Shown here: in pieces, positions 1 through 14,600 of the stretch
Numbering within the stretch: position 1 is the first letter of the stretch
Layout of the letters: each line of letters begins with the position of its first letter
DNA from: an uncultured bacterium
Lineage (GTDB): Bacteria > Omnitrophota > Omnitrophia > Omnitrophales > Aquincolibacteriaceae
Reading direction: 5' to 3'
DNA length: 64,000 nt
Assembly: GCA_964606385.1 (NCBI GenBank)
Contig: CAZSFZ010000002.1
Location: 107,711 to 171,710 of the forward strand
Translations under genes and position numbers: made by a program
Notes under the pieces: model-generated
Seen by the model: the letters and a program-made list of their open reading frames with translations, nothing else
Told to the model about the DNA's origin: nothing
Database searches by the model: none

Positions 1-176
1 ACGTGACGCGTCAAGGCTACGCGGGCCGCTTCGATCTGAACGCCGGTCAGCCAGTGACAGTCCAGCGCCTTGAGTCCGAACTCTCCGAACGCCAGGCTGC
101 TGCCGCGCGTCGAAACGCCGCGCATCCAGCCGCGTTGCTGCTTGCGGAATTTAACCCTGCTAGGCTGTAGGGGCAT
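1..176 (-). CDS. rplP: 50S ribosomal protein L16, N-terminal part (gene runs off the window start)
   Basis: Reverse-complement translation from the ATG at 176-174 reads [54 protein letters not shown], a typical L16 N-terminus. It overlaps the rpsC stop as in S10-operon order. Confidence 0.85.
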   Translation of the reverse strand, partial: MPLQPSRVKFRKQQRGWMRGVSTRGSSLAFGEFGLKALDCHWLTGVQIEAARVALTRH

Positions 177-945
177 CGCTCTTATTCTCCTGTGCTCCGC
201 CGTCCTGGGATGCTTCCCCGGCGGGCTTTTCCGTTTCCTTATTTTCCGTTTTCTGGAGCTCTTCCTCGACCGTTTTGAATTTCTTCTCGAGCTCTAGCTT
301 CTGGGCTTCCTGCTCTTTCTTCACGAGCACATCGCCCTTGTAGATCCAGGTCTTGCAGCCGATCGTTCCGTACGTGGTGAACGCTTCCGCGAACCCGAAA
401 TCGATGTCCGCGCGGAACGTGCTGAGCGGCACTTTGCCTTCATGATATTTCTCTTCGCGCGCGATCTCGGCGCCGCCGAGGCGGCCCTTGCAAAGCACCT
501 TGATCCCCAAAGCGCCCTTCTGCATCGCGAGCTGCATGGCTTTTTTCATCGCGCGGCGGAACCCGATGCGTTTTTCAAGCTGCAGCGCGATGTTCTCGGC
601 CACCAGCTGCGCGTCGATCTGAGGCATCTTGACCTCTTTAATATCGAGGAACACTTCGTTCTTGGTCAGGGCCGCAAGGTCTTCCTTGATCTTGTCGATC
701 TCCTGGCCGCGGCGCCCGATGATCACGCCCGGCTTGGCCGCGAAAATACGGATACGGACACGGTTCGAAGCGCGGTCGATCTCGATCGAAGAGATCCCCG
801 CGATCGCGAGCTTCTTTTTCAGGTACGCCCGGATCTTGAGATCCTCCATCAGGATGGTCCCGGCGTCGCGCTTGGCGAACCACCGCGCCTTCCAGGGCTT
901 GATGTACCCGACTCTTAAACCGTAAGGATGAACTTTCTGACCCAA
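160..945 (-). CDS. rpsC: 30S ribosomal protein S3 (with K/E-rich C-terminal extension)
   Basis: [24 protein letters not shown]... with KH and S3-C domains recognisable; position between rplV and rplP. Confidence 0.95.
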   Translation of the reverse strand: MGQKVHPYGLRVGYIKPWKARWFAKRDAGTILMEDLKIRAYLKKKLAIAGISSIEIDRASNRVRIRIFAAKPGVIIGRRGQEIDKIKEDLAALTKNEVFLDIKEVKMPQIDAQLVAENIALQLEKRIGFRRAMKKAMQLAMQKGALGIKVLCKGRLGGAEIAREEKYHEGKVPLSTFRADIDFGFAEAFTTYGTIGCKTWIYKGDVLVKKEQEAQKLELEKKFKTVEEELQKTENKETEKPAGEASQDGGAQENKSDAPTA

Positions 946-957
946 AATAACCCCCTT

Positions 958-1407
958 TTAAGCCGCCGCGGCGGCCTTTTTCTTGTTCTTCTCTTTGGCG
1001 TCTTCCGGTGATCTTCCGCCCCAGATCTTGTTTCCCTCACGGACTTCCACCGTCAGATGGGTGGTCCGCTTCAGGAGCTTGTCCGCGCGTCCCATGGACC
1101 GGGTCAGGAACCGCTTGAAGACCGGTCCCCCGTCCGCGCGCACATTCGAAACATAAAGACGATTTTCGTCCAGACCGAGGTTCTTGGCGTTCGCGATCGC
1201 GCTCTTTAGGGTCTTGACCGCCATCTTCGCGCCTTTTTTCTTAAGGAGCATCAGGATCCCGACCGCTTCCTGCGCCGGCTGCCTGCGGATCGTATCGATC
1301 ACGACGCGCATCTTGCGCGGGGCGATCCGGAGGTGCTTTGTCAGCGCTCTCACAACGCGGGGGGACGGTGCCGCGATGCCTTTTGATTTTTTATCTTCTT
1401 TAACCAT
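958..1407 (-). CDS. rplV: 50S ribosomal protein L22
   Basis: Translation has the L22 core (RIAPRKMRVVIDTIRRQPAQEAVGIL...); S10 operon order. Confidence 0.9.
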   Translation of the reverse strand: MVKEDKKSKGIAAPSPRVVRALTKHLRIAPRKMRVVIDTIRRQPAQEAVGILMLLKKKGAKMAVKTLKSAIANAKNLGLDENRLYVSNVRADGGPVFKRFLTRSMGRADKLLKRTTHLTVEVREGNKIWGGRSPEDAKEKNKKKAAAAA

Positions 1408-1421
1408 GATGTGCTTTCAGA

Positions 1422-1721
1422 TCAGGTCGTTGCGCCAGCGGCAAGGGCTTTTGCTTTATCGCCCGAAGCGCTGTGTTTTTTGAAAATACGGGTGGGGGAG
1501 AATTCCCCGACCTTATGTCCGATCATGCTCTCGGTCACGAATACGTTCGTGAAAGTCTTTCCGTTATGCACGGAAAGCGTCACTCCGATGAAATCCGGGG
1601 TGATCGTCGAGCGACGCGACCAGGTCTTGATCGGCCGGCGATCTTTCTTCTGGTTCGCGGTCTTTACCTTGCCCAACAATCTCTCGTCAACGTAGACGCC
1701 TTTTTTTGCCGAACGGCTCAT
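1422..1721 (-). CDS. rpsS: 30S ribosomal protein S19
   Basis: [19 protein letters not shown]...[16 protein letters not shown], classic S19. Confidence 0.95.
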   Translation of the reverse strand: MSRSAKKGVYVDERLLGKVKTANQKKDRRPIKTWSRRSTITPDFIGVTLSVHNGKTFTNVFVTESMIGHKVGEFSPTRIFKKHSASGDKAKALAAGATT

Positions 1722-2545
1722 TTTCTGCGATCCTTCACGATATATTTGTTCGATGCCTTGTACTTGCTCCGGGTCTTGAAGCCCTTGGACCTCACACCCG
1801 TCGGACTCTGAGGATGATTGCCGCCTTTGGATTTTCCTTCACCACCGCCGAGCGGATGGTCAACCGGGTTCCGCGCGACGCCGCGCGACACGGGACGGCG
1901 TCCCAGCCAGCGGGCGCGTCCGGCTTTCCCAAGCACGATATTCTCATGATCGATATTGGAGCACTGCCCGATCGTCGCATAGGACTTCGCGGGGACAAGC
2001 CTCACTTCCCCCGAAGGAAGCTTGATATGCGCCATATCGTTTTCTTTGGCAAGGATCTGCGCCACGACGCCTCCGGCGCGGGCAAGTTTCCCGCCCAATC
2101 CGGGACGAAGCTCGACATTATGGATCATCGAACCCTCCGGGATCTTTTCAAGCGGCAGATGATTCCCGATCTTGACTTCCACATCTGGTCCGCTCACCAC
2201 CTTGTCGCCCACCTTAAGTCCGTCCGGGCAAAGAATGTAACTTTTGAGACCGTCCGCGTACTGCACAAGCGCGATACGCGCGCTGCGGTTCGGATCATAC
2301 TCCACGGTCAAAACCGTCGCTTCAAGACCGATGCGATTTCTTCTAAAGTCGATCAGACGGAGACGGCGCTTATGCCCGCCCCCGATACGACGAGAAGTCA
2401 CATGTCCGTGATTGTTGCGGCCGCCTGTCCTCTTTTTGATATAGGTCAAGGGCCGGTACGGACGGTCCGTGGTGATCTCGGAATAATCTGAGACGTTCCC
2501 GTATCGCCGCGTCGGTGTTGTTGGTTTAAACTTGATGAGTCCCAT
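1718..2545 (-). CDS. rplB: 50S ribosomal protein L2
   Basis: 275 aa, [14 protein letters not shown]..., [13 protein letters not shown] and C-terminal GGGEGK motifs. Confidence 0.95.
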   Translation of the reverse strand: MGLIKFKPTTPTRRYGNVSDYSEITTDRPYRPLTYIKKRTGGRNNHGHVTSRRIGGGHKRRLRLIDFRRNRIGLEATVLTVEYDPNRSARIALVQYADGLKSYILCPDGLKVGDKVVSGPDVEVKIGNHLPLEKIPEGSMIHNVELRPGLGGKLARAGGVVAQILAKENDMAHIKLPSGEVRLVPAKSYATIGQCSNIDHENIVLGKAGRARWLGRRPVSRGVARNPVDHPLGGGEGKSKGGNHPQSPTGVRSKGFKTRSKYKASNKYIVKDRRK

Positions 2546-2563
2546 AGGTCCTTTTCTTCTTTC

Positions 2564-2851
2564 TTACTTCGTCAGATCGATCTTTTCGCCCTTTTTCAAG
2601 GTCACGATAGCCTTTTTCCAGGCCATGGTCTTCCCGGGAACATAACGCACGCGGCGCCATTTTCCCGAAACATTCATCGTATGGACTTTTTCCACATGCA
2701 CGTCAAAAACCTTCTCGACGGCAGCCTTCACTTCTTTTTTATTGGCCTGCACATGCACGCGAAAACCATACTGGCTTGCGGCCTCGGCGGCCTTCGAAAG
2801 CTTTTCGGTGATAAGCGGCTCGATGATCACATCATAAACATTAAGCTTCAT
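2564..2851 (-). CDS. rplW: 50S ribosomal protein L23
   Basis: 95 aa, MKLNVYDVIIEPLITEK... L23 family; operon position. Confidence 0.9.
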   Translation of the reverse strand: MKLNVYDVIIEPLITEKLSKAAEAASQYGFRVHVQANKKEVKAAVEKVFDVHVEKVHTMNVSGKWRRVRYVPGKTMAWKKAIVTLKKGEKIDLTK

Positions 2852-3497
2852 TCGATTTCTCCTTCGATGCCACCGCCAGACGCTTTTCGATCAATTCCAG
2901 CGCCGCTTCATCGATCACAAGCTTTTCGCGCTGCATCACGTCATAAGCCGTGAAATCCGCCGCTTCTTTTACTTCGACGCGCTCCCGCATGTTGCGGCTC
3001 GCGCGCTTGAGGGTCGGCGTGGCTTCTTTCACCACATAAAGAGCTCTCTTCTTGAGTACCGGCAACGCTTTCACGATCGCCGCAAACTCCTTGGTTTTCG
3101 GAGCTTCCAACTTCACGGGCTCCAAAAGCATCAGGTTCTTCTCCCCGGCCCGCTTGCTGAGCATCACTCGCAGGGCCTGGTTCCGGATCGCCTTGGACAG
3201 ATTGACCGTATAATCCCTCTGATGCGGGCCGAACGTCGTGCCGCCACCCACCCAGATCGGAGAACGGGTCGAACCGTGACGGGCGCGACCGGTCCCTTTT
3301 TGCTTCCAGGGTTTCTTGCCGCCGCCGCTCACTTCGCCGCGGGTTTTCGTGTCCACGGTCCCCTTGCGGAGGTTGCCGGAATACGCGTTCCTTACGAGCT
3401 CTAAAAGACGCGGGTTCGTCCGGACCCCGTAAATCTCGGGATTCAGCACCACTTCCTGTTTCTTCTTACCCTCTTTTGAGTAAAGAAGCACTTTCAT
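2841..3497 (-). CDS. rplD: 50S ribosomal protein L4
   Basis: 218 aa with GGGKKPWKQKGTGRARHGSTRSPIWVGGG motif. Confidence 0.95.
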   Translation of the reverse strand: MKVLLYSKEGKKKQEVVLNPEIYGVRTNPRLLELVRNAYSGNLRKGTVDTKTRGEVSGGGKKPWKQKGTGRARHGSTRSPIWVGGGTTFGPHQRDYTVNLSKAIRNQALRVMLSKRAGEKNLMLLEPVKLEAPKTKEFAAIVKALPVLKKRALYVVKEATPTLKRASRNMRERVEVKEAADFTAYDVMQREKLVIDEAALELIEKRLAVASKEKSNEA

Positions 3498-3547
3498 TTC
3501 TCACGCCTTTCTTGCGATCTTTACGATCGTCCGGCTGGTGCCGGTTG

Positions 3548-4282
3548 CTACGCCTGAGGATTTTCAGCTTTCGAAGTTTCCGAGGAGGTTTCCTTCGGGG
3601 ACTCCTGCTTACTGTTTCTCACTTTCCAGGAACCTTTTTTTCCGCGCTTGAACGAGTTGCGGATGATCAAATAGCCGCCTTCCGCGCCCGGCACGCTGCC
3701 GCTAAGCGCCAAAAGGTTGTTCTCGGAATCTACTTTCATGACTTTAAGATTATGAATACAGATCTTTTCATCGCCCATATGACCGGGAAGCCCCTTACCT
3801 TTGCGGACTTTTTTACGGCAGCCCACGCCGCCCGCCATCGAGCCGATACCGCCCGGGACGCGTCCGAACATGGAACCGTGGCTCTTGCTCGCGCCGCCCT
3901 TGTAATTCAGGCGCTTCACGACCCCCTGAAAACCTTTCCCGATGGAAATGCCTTCGATGTCCACGTACTGCCCGACCTCAAAATTTTCGGCGTTAAGCTC
4001 GCTGCCAACGCTCAGGTTCTTGATGTCTTCTGTGCGGATCTCCCGGATGAATCTCACCGGGGGCACGCTCGCCTTTTTAAGCGCTCCCAACTTAGCCTTG
4101 TTTAAAGTTTTTTCCCGGGCGGCGTCAAACCCCAGCTGAACCCCCAGATACCCATTCTTCTCTTTGGTGCGAAGCGCCGTCACGTAGCACGGCCCGACTT
4201 CAAGCACCGTAACGGGAACTTGGTGCCCTTCCCCGTCGAAGATCTGGGACATTCCGATTTTTTTACCTAATAGACCGATCAT
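3548..4282 (-). CDS. rplC: 50S ribosomal protein L3 (C-terminal low-complexity extension)
   Basis: MIGLLGKKIGMSQIFDGEGHQVPVTVLEVGP... L3 signature. Confidence 0.95.
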   Translation of the reverse strand: MIGLLGKKIGMSQIFDGEGHQVPVTVLEVGPCYVTALRTKEKNGYLGVQLGFDAAREKTLNKAKLGALKKASVPPVRFIREIRTEDIKNLSVGSELNAENFEVGQYVDIEGISIGKGFQGVVKRLNYKGGASKSHGSMFGRVPGGIGSMAGGVGCRKKVRKGKGLPGHMGDEKICIHNLKVMKVDSENNLLALSGSVPGAEGGYLIIRNSFKRGKKGSWKVRNSKQESPKETSSETSKAENPQA

Positions 4283-4291
4283 GATGTTCTC

Positions 4292-4606
4292 TTAAAGTTT
4301 GATCTCCACATCCACGCCAGCCGGCAGGTCGAGCTTCATCAGCGCGTCCACGGTGCGTGAAGTGGGTTCTTCCAGTTCAATAAGACGCTTATGGGTCCGG
4401 ATCTCAAATTGATCGCGCGCCTTTTTATCGATATGCGGGCCGCGAAGTACCGTTGTCTTCCAGACATGCGTCGGAAGCGGGATCGGGCCGATCACCTTGG
4501 CGCCGGTTTTCTTGGCGGTTCCCACGATCTCCTGGACCGACTGGTCCAGCACGCGGTGGTCATACGCTTTCAATTTGATACGGATCTTTTCTTTGATTTG
4601 GGCCAT
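4292..4606 (-). CDS. rpsJ: 30S ribosomal protein S10
   Basis: 104 aa, [23 protein letters not shown]...; immediately follows fusA (3-nt gap) with no tuf in between. Confidence 0.95.
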   Translation of the reverse strand: MAQIKEKIRIKLKAYDHRVLDQSVQEIVGTAKKTGAKVIGPIPLPTHVWKTTVLRGPHIDKKARDQFEIRTHKRLIELEEPTSRTVDALMKLDLPAGVDVEIKL

Positions 4607-4609
4607 TGT

Positions 4610-6690
<2,081 letters not shown>

Positions 6691-6786
6691 TAATTCCCGT
6701 TATGCGCTCAACGCGCAATGCTCAACGTTAAAATAACTACTTTTGGTTTTCGTTGCGCTTCGCACGCTGTGCGTTGCGCCGTCTTT

Positions 6787-7254
6787 CTACCAGCGATAAT
6801 GCGCGAAAGCCCTGTTCGCTTCCGCCATTTTATGCATATCTTCACGCTTCTTGATCGAAGGCCCCGTCTTATTAAAACCGTCGATGATCTCCTGAGCCAG
6901 CTTCTCATGCATAGGCTTCCCCTTACGTTCACGGGAATAGCTCCGGATCCATCGAAGAGCCAGGGAGTAACCGCGATCTTCAGAAACGCTGACCGGCACC
7001 TGATACGTCGCCCCACCTACGCGCCGGGATTTTGTCTCCAGGAGAGGGCGCACATTATCTAACGAGGCGCGAAAAACTTCAAGTGCTTCTTTTGATGTTT
7101 TTTCTTTGACGATATCCAGGGCATCATAGACGATCCGCTCGGCGATGGACTTCTTGCCGCGCTCCATGACGATATTGATCAGTTTGGCGACCAAGAGGTC
7201 CCCGTACCGCGGGTCCGGATCGATCTTTCTTTTTTGCGCGCGTCTTCTTCTCAT
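6787..7254 (-). CDS. rpsG: 30S ribosomal protein S7
   Basis: 155 aa, [19 protein letters not shown]..., S7 family; str-operon order. Confidence 0.95.
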   Translation of the reverse strand: MRRRRAQKRKIDPDPRYGDLLVAKLINIVMERGKKSIAERIVYDALDIVKEKTSKEALEVFRASLDNVRPLLETKSRRVGGATYQVPVSVSEDRGYSLALRWIRSYSRERKGKPMHEKLAQEIIDGFNKTGPSIKKREDMHKMAEANRAFAHYRW

Positions 7255-7640
7255 TTCTTAGCATCCTTTTTCGGGGTTTTCGCGCCGTATTTTGAACGCG
7301 ATTTCGTGCGATCCGCAACACCGGCAGCATCCAGTTTTCCACGGACGATATGATAACGGACCCCCGGAAGGTCTTTCACGCGGCCGCCCCTCACGAGCAC
7401 GATCGAGTGCTCCTGAAGATTATGCCCCACGCCCGGGATGTAGGCCGTGACTTCCTGGCCGTTCGTAAGACGCACACGGGCGATCTTGCGAAGTGCCGAG
7501 TTCGGTTTTTTCGGGGTCTGGGTCCTGACGATCAGGCACACACCTTTGCGGAATGGCGAGTTCTGCAACGCCGGCGACTTTGATTTCCCCTTGAATTTAT
7601 TCCTTCCAAAACGGATCAACTGATTGATGGTCGGCGCCAT
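7251..7640 (-). CDS. rpsL: 30S ribosomal protein S12
   Basis: [52 protein letters not shown]..., highly conserved S12. Confidence 0.97.
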   Translation of the reverse strand: MAPTINQLIRFGRNKFKGKSKSPALQNSPFRKGVCLIVRTQTPKKPNSALRKIARVRLTNGQEVTAYIPGVGHNLQEHSIVLVRGGRVKDLPGVRYHIVRGKLDAAGVADRTKSRSKYGAKTPKKDAKK

Positions 7641-10600
7641 TATGCTTTCTCCTTGGATGCGCTGGTCTCTTCTGAGGCTTTTTCGTCCTTGGCTTCTTCA
7701 GGGTCCGGAAGGACATCGGTCAGGTCTTTTTTAAGCTCGATGTCATGGTGGATCTTGAAACCGGTCCCCGCCGGGATCAAATGCCCCATGATCACGTTCT
7801 CCTTGAGGCCCTGGAGCATATCGCGTTTTCCGGCGGAAGCGGCTTCCGTGAGCACACGGGTCGTTTCCTGGAAGCTTGCGGCCGAAATAAAGCTGTCGGT
7901 GGTCAGGGACGCCTTGGTGATCCCGAGAAGGATCGAGGTGCCCTTGGCGGGTTCCTTGCCCTTCTTGATCATCTTGGCGTTCTCTTCCGCGAACTTAAGC
8001 TTCTCCACATGGGAACCCACGAGAAATTCCGTGTCGCCTGATTCTTCGATGCGAACCTTGCGGAGCATCTGACGGACGATACATTCCACATGTTTATCGT
8101 TCAACCGCACACCCTGCAGACGGTAAACTTCCTGAACTTCGTCCACGAGATATTGCTGAAGGCTTCTTTCGCCCGAAACGCGGAGGATGTCCTGCAACAC
8201 GACCGGCCCGTCCACAAGCTGCTGGCCGGCGAGCACGCGGTCGCCTTTGTAAACGTTCAGATGTTTGCCGTGCGGGATCAAGTATTCTTTGGCCATTCCG
8301 GTCGAGCTTTTCACGATGATCTGGCGCTGACCTTTGACGATCTCGCCGATCTCGACCACACCGTCGATCTCCGAGATCACGGCGGGATTCTTCGGCTTGC
8401 GGGCCTCAAAAAGCTCGGCGACGCGCGGCAGACCGCCCGTGATATCGCGGGTCTTGGCGACTTTGCGCGGCGTCTTCGCGAGAAGCGTACCGCCGGTGAT
8501 CGACTGGCCGTCTTTGACCACGATATGAGCGCCGGTCGGGATCGGATAGAACGCGAGGATCTCATCCTTGTCGCCGACCAAAAGCAACTGCGGGTGCATG
8601 TCTTCTTTGTGTTCGATGATCACGCGCTCGGTCAACCCGGTCGTGGCGTCCACTTCCTCGTTCATCGTGACGCCCGCCTTGATGTCTTCAAAGCGAACTT
8701 TTCCAGAAACCTCGGTCAAGATCGGAACCGTGTACGGGTCCCATTTCACAAAGATCTCGCCCTTCTTGACCTTTTCCCCGTCCTTGTAATGAATGATACC
8801 GCCGGTCGGGATCGTATAGCGTTCCAGTTCGCGGCCCGTCGGATCATGCAAGGAGAGTTGTCCGTTGCGGTTCAAAACGACAATTTCGTTCGTCTTGGTC
8901 ACAACGGTTTTCAGGTTGTGGTACTGGAGCACCCCTTCGTTGCGGGCGCGATAATAAGATTGTTCGACCACGCGGGACGCCGTACCGCCGATGTGGAACG
9001 TACGCATGGTGAGCTGGGTACCCGGCTCGCCGATGGATTGCGCGGCAATGATGCCCACCGCGGTCCCCTGCTCGACAAGGCGGCGCGTCGCGAGATCGCG
9101 GCCGTAGCATTTCGCGCAGATCCCTTTGGTGGATTCGCAGCAAAGGACGGAACGGACGCGGATCTTCTCGATCCCGGCTTCTTCGATCTTCTTCACGGTA
9201 GCTTCATCGATGAGATCGCCGGACTTCACGATCACTTGGTCGGTAATGACGTCCACCACGTTATCGAGCGCCACGCGGCCGAGGATCCTGTCGGAGAGGG
9301 ACACGATCACTTCTTCGCCCTCATAGACCGGTTCCATCACGATACCGTTCAGGGTGCCGCAGTCTTCCATATTGATGATCACATCCTGCGCCACGTCCAC
9401 CAGACGGCGGGTCAGGTATCCCGAGTCGGCGGTCTTGAGCGCGGTATCCGCCAAACCTTTGCGGGCGCCGTGCGTGGAGATGAAGTATTCGAGCACCGTG
9501 AGGCCTTCACGGAAGTTCGCCGTGATCGGGCTTTCAATGATCTCGCCCGAAGGTTTGGCCATCAAACCGCGCATCCCGGCAAGCTGACGGATCTGCTGCT
9601 TGGAACCGCGGGCGCCGGAGTCGGCCATCATGAAAATAGGATTGAAGGCGTCGAGCGCTTCGAACATCACGTCGGACACGCGGTCCGTCGTGTGCGTCCA
9701 GATATCGATCACCTTATTATAACGCTCACCGTCCGTGATCACGCCCTGCTTGTACTGGCTTTCGATGGATTTCACTTCCTTGCGCGCTTCGTTCAGGATG
9801 CCTTCCTTCGCGTCGGGGATCTGGATGTCATCGATCCCGATCGAAAGGCCGGCCTTGGTCGCTTCCGTGAAACCGAGGGCTTTCAACCGGTCGAGAAGGC
9901 TCACAACCTCCTCGTGACCGAACGTGTTGTAACATTCGGCGATGATCTTCGAAAGCTTGCCTTTGTTCACAATGTCGTTGACGTAACGGAACCCCTTCGG
10001 CAAAACCTCATTCAAAAGAATGCGCCCCATGGTCGTTTCGACGATCTCGCCGCTCGCAAGACGCAGTTTGCATTTCGCGTGACGATGGATCTGCCCGTCC
10101 TGATAGGCCAGGATCGCTTCCTGCGGACCACTGAACGACAGGCCTTCGCCGAGCACCTTTTCGCGTAACTTGGTCAAATAATAGATCCCGAGCACGATAT
10201 CCTGCGTCGGGGTCATGATCGGCTGGCCGCTCGCGGGTGAAAAGATGTTGTTGGCGGAAAGCATCAGGATACGCGCTTCCATCACGGCTTCCATGGAAAG
10301 CGGCACGTGAACGGCCATCTGGTCGCCGTCAAAGTCGGCGTTAAAAGCCGTACAAACGAGCGGGTGAATGCGGATGGCGTTCCCCTCGATGAGCATCGGT
10401 TCGAAAGCTTGGATGCCGAGACGATGGAGCGTCGGCGCGCGGTTGAGAAGCACCGGATGTTCCTTGATGACCTCTTCAAGAATGTCCCAAACTTCGGGCT
10501 TCACGCGTTCAACCATCTTCTTGGCGGAACGAATCGTGTGGACATGGCCGCGTTCTTTAAGTTTCCGGATGATGAAAGGCTCGAAAAGTTCGAGCGCCAT

Positions 10601-11689
10601 CTTTTTTGGCAACCCGCATTGATTGAGCTTGAGTTCGGGACCGATGACGATCACGGAACGGCCGGAATAGTCGACGCGTTTTCCGAGAAGGTTCTGACGG
10701 AAACGGCCTTGTTTCCCCTTAAGCATGTCGCTCAGGGATTTGAGCGGGCGGTTACCGGCACCGAGCACCGGGCGGCCATGGCGGCCGTTATCGAAAAGCG
10801 CGTCCACAGCTTCCTGGAGCATGCGTTTTTCATTGCGGATGATAACATCCGGGGCCTTGAGCTCGAGAAGTTTACGCAAACGGTTGTTACGATTGATGAC
10901 CCGGCGATAGAGGTCGTTCAGGTCGCTTGTCGCGAAACGTCCGCCGTCCAAAGCCACGAGCGGGCGAAGATCGGGCGGAATGACCGGGATCACTTTGAGG
11001 ATCATCCATTCAGGATGATTCCCTGATTTATAGAAGGCTTCGACGATCTTCAGGATCTTGACGGCGCGGGCGCGGGACTGTTTGGATTTAGCGGCCTTGA
11101 GCTGGCGATGATATTTCGCGGTCAATTTGTCGAGTTCGAGTTCCGACAAGAGCGTCTGGACAGCTTCAGCACCCATCTGGGCCGTGAAATTCTCGGGGCC
11201 GTACTGTTCCTGTGCTTTCAGGTATTCGTCTTCCGTCAGAAGCTGACGCGGCTTCAAAGGCGTCTGCTTCGGATCAATCACGATGTACTCTTCATAGTAG
11301 AGCACTTTTTCAAGAGCGCGAACGCTCAGATCGAGAAGGTTCCCGATACGCGACGGCATGGTCTTGAAGAACCAAATGTGGGAGACCGGTGTCACGAGAT
11401 CGATATGCCCCATCCGCTCACGACGAACGCGGGCCTGCGTCACTTCGACGCCGCAGCGGTCGCAGACGATCCCTTTATGCTTGATGCGCTTGTACTTGCC
11501 GCACGCGCATTCATAGTCTTTTGTGGGGCCGAAAATACGTTCGCAAAAAAGACCGTCTTTTTCGGGCTTCAGCGTCCGGTAATTGATGGTCTCGGGCTTT
11601 TTCACCTCACCCTTCGACCATTTGCGGATGGACTCGGGGGACGCGATGCGGATCGCAACGGAATCAAAAGTATTCACGCTATAGTTCAT
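7640..11689 (-). CDS. rpoC: DNA-directed RNA polymerase subunit beta'
   Basis: 1349 aa; [25 protein letters not shown]..., Zn-finger CxxC pairs, NADFDGD catalytic motif. Confidence 0.97.
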   Translation of the reverse strand: MNYSVNTFDSVAIRIASPESIRKWSKGEVKKPETINYRTLKPEKDGLFCERIFGPTKDYECACGKYKRIKHKGIVCDRCGVEVTQARVRRERMGHIDLVTPVSHIWFFKTMPSRIGNLLDLSVRALEKVLYYEEYIVIDPKQTPLKPRQLLTEDEYLKAQEQYGPENFTAQMGAEAVQTLLSELELDKLTAKYHRQLKAAKSKQSRARAVKILKIVEAFYKSGNHPEWMILKVIPVIPPDLRPLVALDGGRFATSDLNDLYRRVINRNNRLRKLLELKAPDVIIRNEKRMLQEAVDALFDNGRHGRPVLGAGNRPLKSLSDMLKGKQGRFRQNLLGKRVDYSGRSVIVIGPELKLNQCGLPKKMALELFEPFIIRKLKERGHVHTIRSAKKMVERVKPEVWDILEEVIKEHPVLLNRAPTLHRLGIQAFEPMLIEGNAIRIHPLVCTAFNADFDGDQMAVHVPLSMEAVMEARILMLSANNIFSPASGQPIMTPTQDIVLGIYYLTKLREKVLGEGLSFSGPQEAILAYQDGQIHRHAKCKLRLASGEIVETTMGRILLNEVLPKGFRYVNDIVNKGKLSKIIAECYNTFGHEEVVSLLDRLKALGFTEATKAGLSIGIDDIQIPDAKEGILNEARKEVKSIESQYKQGVITDGERYNKVIDIWTHTTDRVSDVMFEALDAFNPIFMMADSGARGSKQQIRQLAGMRGLMAKPSGEIIESPITANFREGLTVLEYFISTHGARKGLADTALKTADSGYLTRRLVDVAQDVIINMEDCGTLNGIVMEPVYEGEEVIVSLSDRILGRVALDNVVDVITDQVIVKSGDLIDEATVKKIEEAGIEKIRVRSVLCCESTKGICAKCYGRDLATRRLVEQGTAVGIIAAQSIGEPGTQLTMRTFHIGGTASRVVEQSYYRARNEGVLQYHNLKTVVTKTNEIVVLNRNGQLSLHDPTGRELERYTIPTGGIIHYKDGEKVKKGEIFVKWDPYTVPILTEVSGKVRFEDIKAGVTMNEEVDATTGLTERVIIEHKEDMHPQLLLVGDKDEILAFYPIPTGAHIVVKDGQSITGGTLLAKTPRKVAKTRDITGGLPRVAELFEARKPKNPAVISEIDGVVEIGEIVKGQRQIIVKSSTGMAKEYLIPHGKHLNVYKGDRVLAGQQLVDGPVVLQDILRVSGERSLQQYLVDEVQEVYRLQGVRLNDKHVECIVRQMLRKVRIEESGDTEFLVGSHVEKLKFAEENAKMIKKGKEPAKGTSILLGITKASLTTDSFISAASFQETTRVLTEAASAGKRDMLQGLKENVIMGHLIPAGTGFKIHHDIELKKDLTDVLPDPEEAKDEKASEETSASKEKA

Positions 11690-14600
11690 ACTTTTAGTCT
11701 CTCCCTGGCTTCTTCCTGTTTGTCTTCCGCGGATTTTTCCTTGGTTTCGGAGATCGCCAATTTACCACCCGCCGTTCGCTCGGGCTCGATATCGAGTCCA
11801 AGCGCCTGAAGTTCTTTGACAAGCACGTTAAAAGATTCAGGCGTTCCGGCATGCAGCGCGGGCTCGCCTTTGACAATCGCTTCATAGACGCGGGTTCTTC
11901 CGACCACATCGTCCGATTTCACAGTGAGAAGCTCCTGCAGCGTGAAGGCCGCGCCATAAGCCTCAAGCGCCCACACTTCCATCTCGCCGAAACGCTGTCC
12001 GCCGAACTGCGCTTTACCGCCGAGGGGCTGCTGCGTGACGAGAGAGTAAGGACCGATCGAGCGCGCGTGGATCTTGTCATCCGCGAGGTGCGCGAGTTTC
12101 AGCATGTAGATGTAACCGACCGTGATCTTCTCATCGAACTTGTCACCGGTACGGCCGTCATAGAGTGCGATCTTCCCGTCGTTCGGGATCTTCGCATCTT
12201 TCATGACCTGACGGATCTCTTCTTCCGTCGCGCCGCTGAACACCGGGGTTTCCACATGGAATCCAAGCGTCTTCGCCGCCCATCCGAGATGGGTCTCAAG
12301 GATCTGACCGACGTTCATACGGGAAGGCACGCCGAGCGGGTTCAGGATGATCTCAACCGGGGTTCCGTCCGCGAGGAACGGCATATCCTCTTCAGGAAGG
12401 ACCTTCGCGATGACACCTTTGTTCCCGTGACGGCCGGCCATTTTGTCACCGACCGAGATCTTGCGCTTGGAACAAACATACACAACGACTTTTTTGATAA
12501 CGCCCGGAGGAAGCTCGTCACCTTTGCGCACGCGATCGATCTCACGCGTCCGCTCCGCCACAAGCTCGTCGATCTCATCGCCCCAGACGCGGGCGATCTT
12601 CTTGATGCTTTCCTCGAGGTCCGGGTCTTCATCGATCCGGAGAGAGTCCCAATCACAGCCATCCAGCTTCTTCAGGTCGCCCTTCGTGATCACGTGACCG
12701 CTTTTCATCAGCACTTCGCCGAGCACGTCATCGAGAAGGTCTTCGGAAAGCTTACGGCCGATCACCATGTCGGCGACCTTGTGCAGGCGTTCGCGCTTCA
12801 AAAGCTCGATGCGCTCGTTGTAGCGTTCTTTGATCTCATTGATATCTTTATTTTCCTGGCGACGCTCTTCTTTGGTCTTCGCGGCCGATTCCTTGCGTGC
12901 AAACACCTTCACATCCACCACCACGCCCTCCACGCCCGGGGGCACGGTCAGGGACGCGTCGCGCACATCGCCGGCTTTTTCGCCGAAAATCGCGCGCAGC
13001 AGTTTTTCTTCCGGAGAAAGCTCGATCTCGGACTTCGGAGTGATCTTCCCGACAAGAATATCGCCGGGCTTCACTTCCGCGCCAACGCGGATCACGCCTT
13101 CTTTATCAAGATCTTTCAGGGCTTCTTCGCTCACGTTCGGGATGTCGCAGGTGATCTCTTCGTTCCCGAGCTTTGTGTCGCGCGCTTCGATCTCGAATTC
13201 TTCGATGTGAAGCGAGGTGTAAACGTCATCTTTGCAGAGTTTTTCGCTGACGATGATGGCGTCTTCGAAGTTGTACCCGCGCCACGGCATGAACGCCACG
13301 AGCACGTTCCTTCCGAGGGCCAATTCCCCGCCCTGGGTCGCCGCACCGTCCGCGATGATGTCGCCGCGCTTGACCTTATCGCCGATCTCAACGAGCGGAC
13401 GCTGGTTAATGCAGGTGCCGGCATTCGAGCGTTTGAATTTGCGAAGCTTATAAACAAAATCATCGATCACGATCTCTTCGGCGGAAACCGCTTTGACGGT
13501 CCCGCGGGATTTCGCCTGCAGCACCGCGCCAGAATCCTTCGCCACATGGCGTTCCATCCCGGTCCCCACGAACGGAGCTTCAGGGATGAGAAGCGGTACG
13601 GCCTGGCGCTGCATGTTCGAACCCATAAGGGCGCGGTTTGCGTCGTCGTGTTCAAGGAACGGGATCAGCGCCGCGGCTACTGACACGAGCTGGCGGGGCG
13701 ACACGTCCATATAATCGATCTCTTCGGGTTTCTTTTTCGGATAATCTTCGCGAAAACGGCAGGAGATCGCATCCGAAGTGAAATGCCCGTGTTTGTCGAG
13801 CGGCGCGTTCGCCTGCGCGATCACGTATTTATCTTCTTCGTCGGCAGTCAGATAATCGATCTGGTCCGTCACGCGGCCCTTCACGACCTTGCGGTACGGG
13901 CTTTCGAGAAAACCGATATCATTGACGCGCGCGAAAGTGCTCAAAGAAGAGATTAAACCGATGTTCGGACCTTCCGGCGTCTCGATCGGGCAAACGCGGC
14001 CGTAATGGGAAGGATGCACGTCGCGGACTTCAAAACCCGCGCGTTCACGGGAAAGACCGCCGGGACCGAGCGCGGAAAGACGGCGTTTGTGCGTTAACTC
14101 CGCAAGCGGGTTCGTCTGGTCCATGAATTGAGACAGCTGGCTGCGGCCGAAGAAATCCTTGATCGCGGCCGAGATCAGCTTCGGGTTGATCAGGTTGTGC
14201 GGCATCGCGGCTTCCAGGTCATAGATTGACATGCGCTCGATGCAGGAGCGTTTCATGCGCGCGAGACCCACGCGGAACTGGTTCTGCAAAAGTTCCCCTA
14301 CGGAACGCACGCGACGGTTCCCGAGGTGGTCGATATCATCGATACTGACCTCCCCGGAGCGGAGCTTGAGGAGCTTGCCGATCACTTTCATCACGTCATC
14401 GGGCTTCAGGGTCGTATTCTTCGTATCCGCGGCGCTTGTGCCGAGGCCAAGCTTCTTGTTCAGCATGAAACGGCCGACATGACCGAGGTCATAACGCTGG
14501 GGATCAAAAAAGAGCTTCTGGATCAGGTCTTTGGCGCTTGCTTCCGTCGGCGGATCGCCGGGACGGACGCGGCGGTAGATCGCGAGCTGCGCGTCCTGGG

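Noticed and set aside
8090-10168. 692-aa plus-strand ORF (and similar long ORFs at 11851-13683, 5603-6736, 40851-42551, 44285-45343, 50355-52559, 51817-52830, 33548-34729 minus)
   Set aside because: All lie antisense to strongly conserved genes (rpoC, rpoB, fusA, ftsK, pnp, infB/nusA, ICMT-like/flavin reductase). Their translations are low-complexity Arg/Asp/His/Gly-rich, as expected for stop-codon-poor antisense frames in high-GC DNA.
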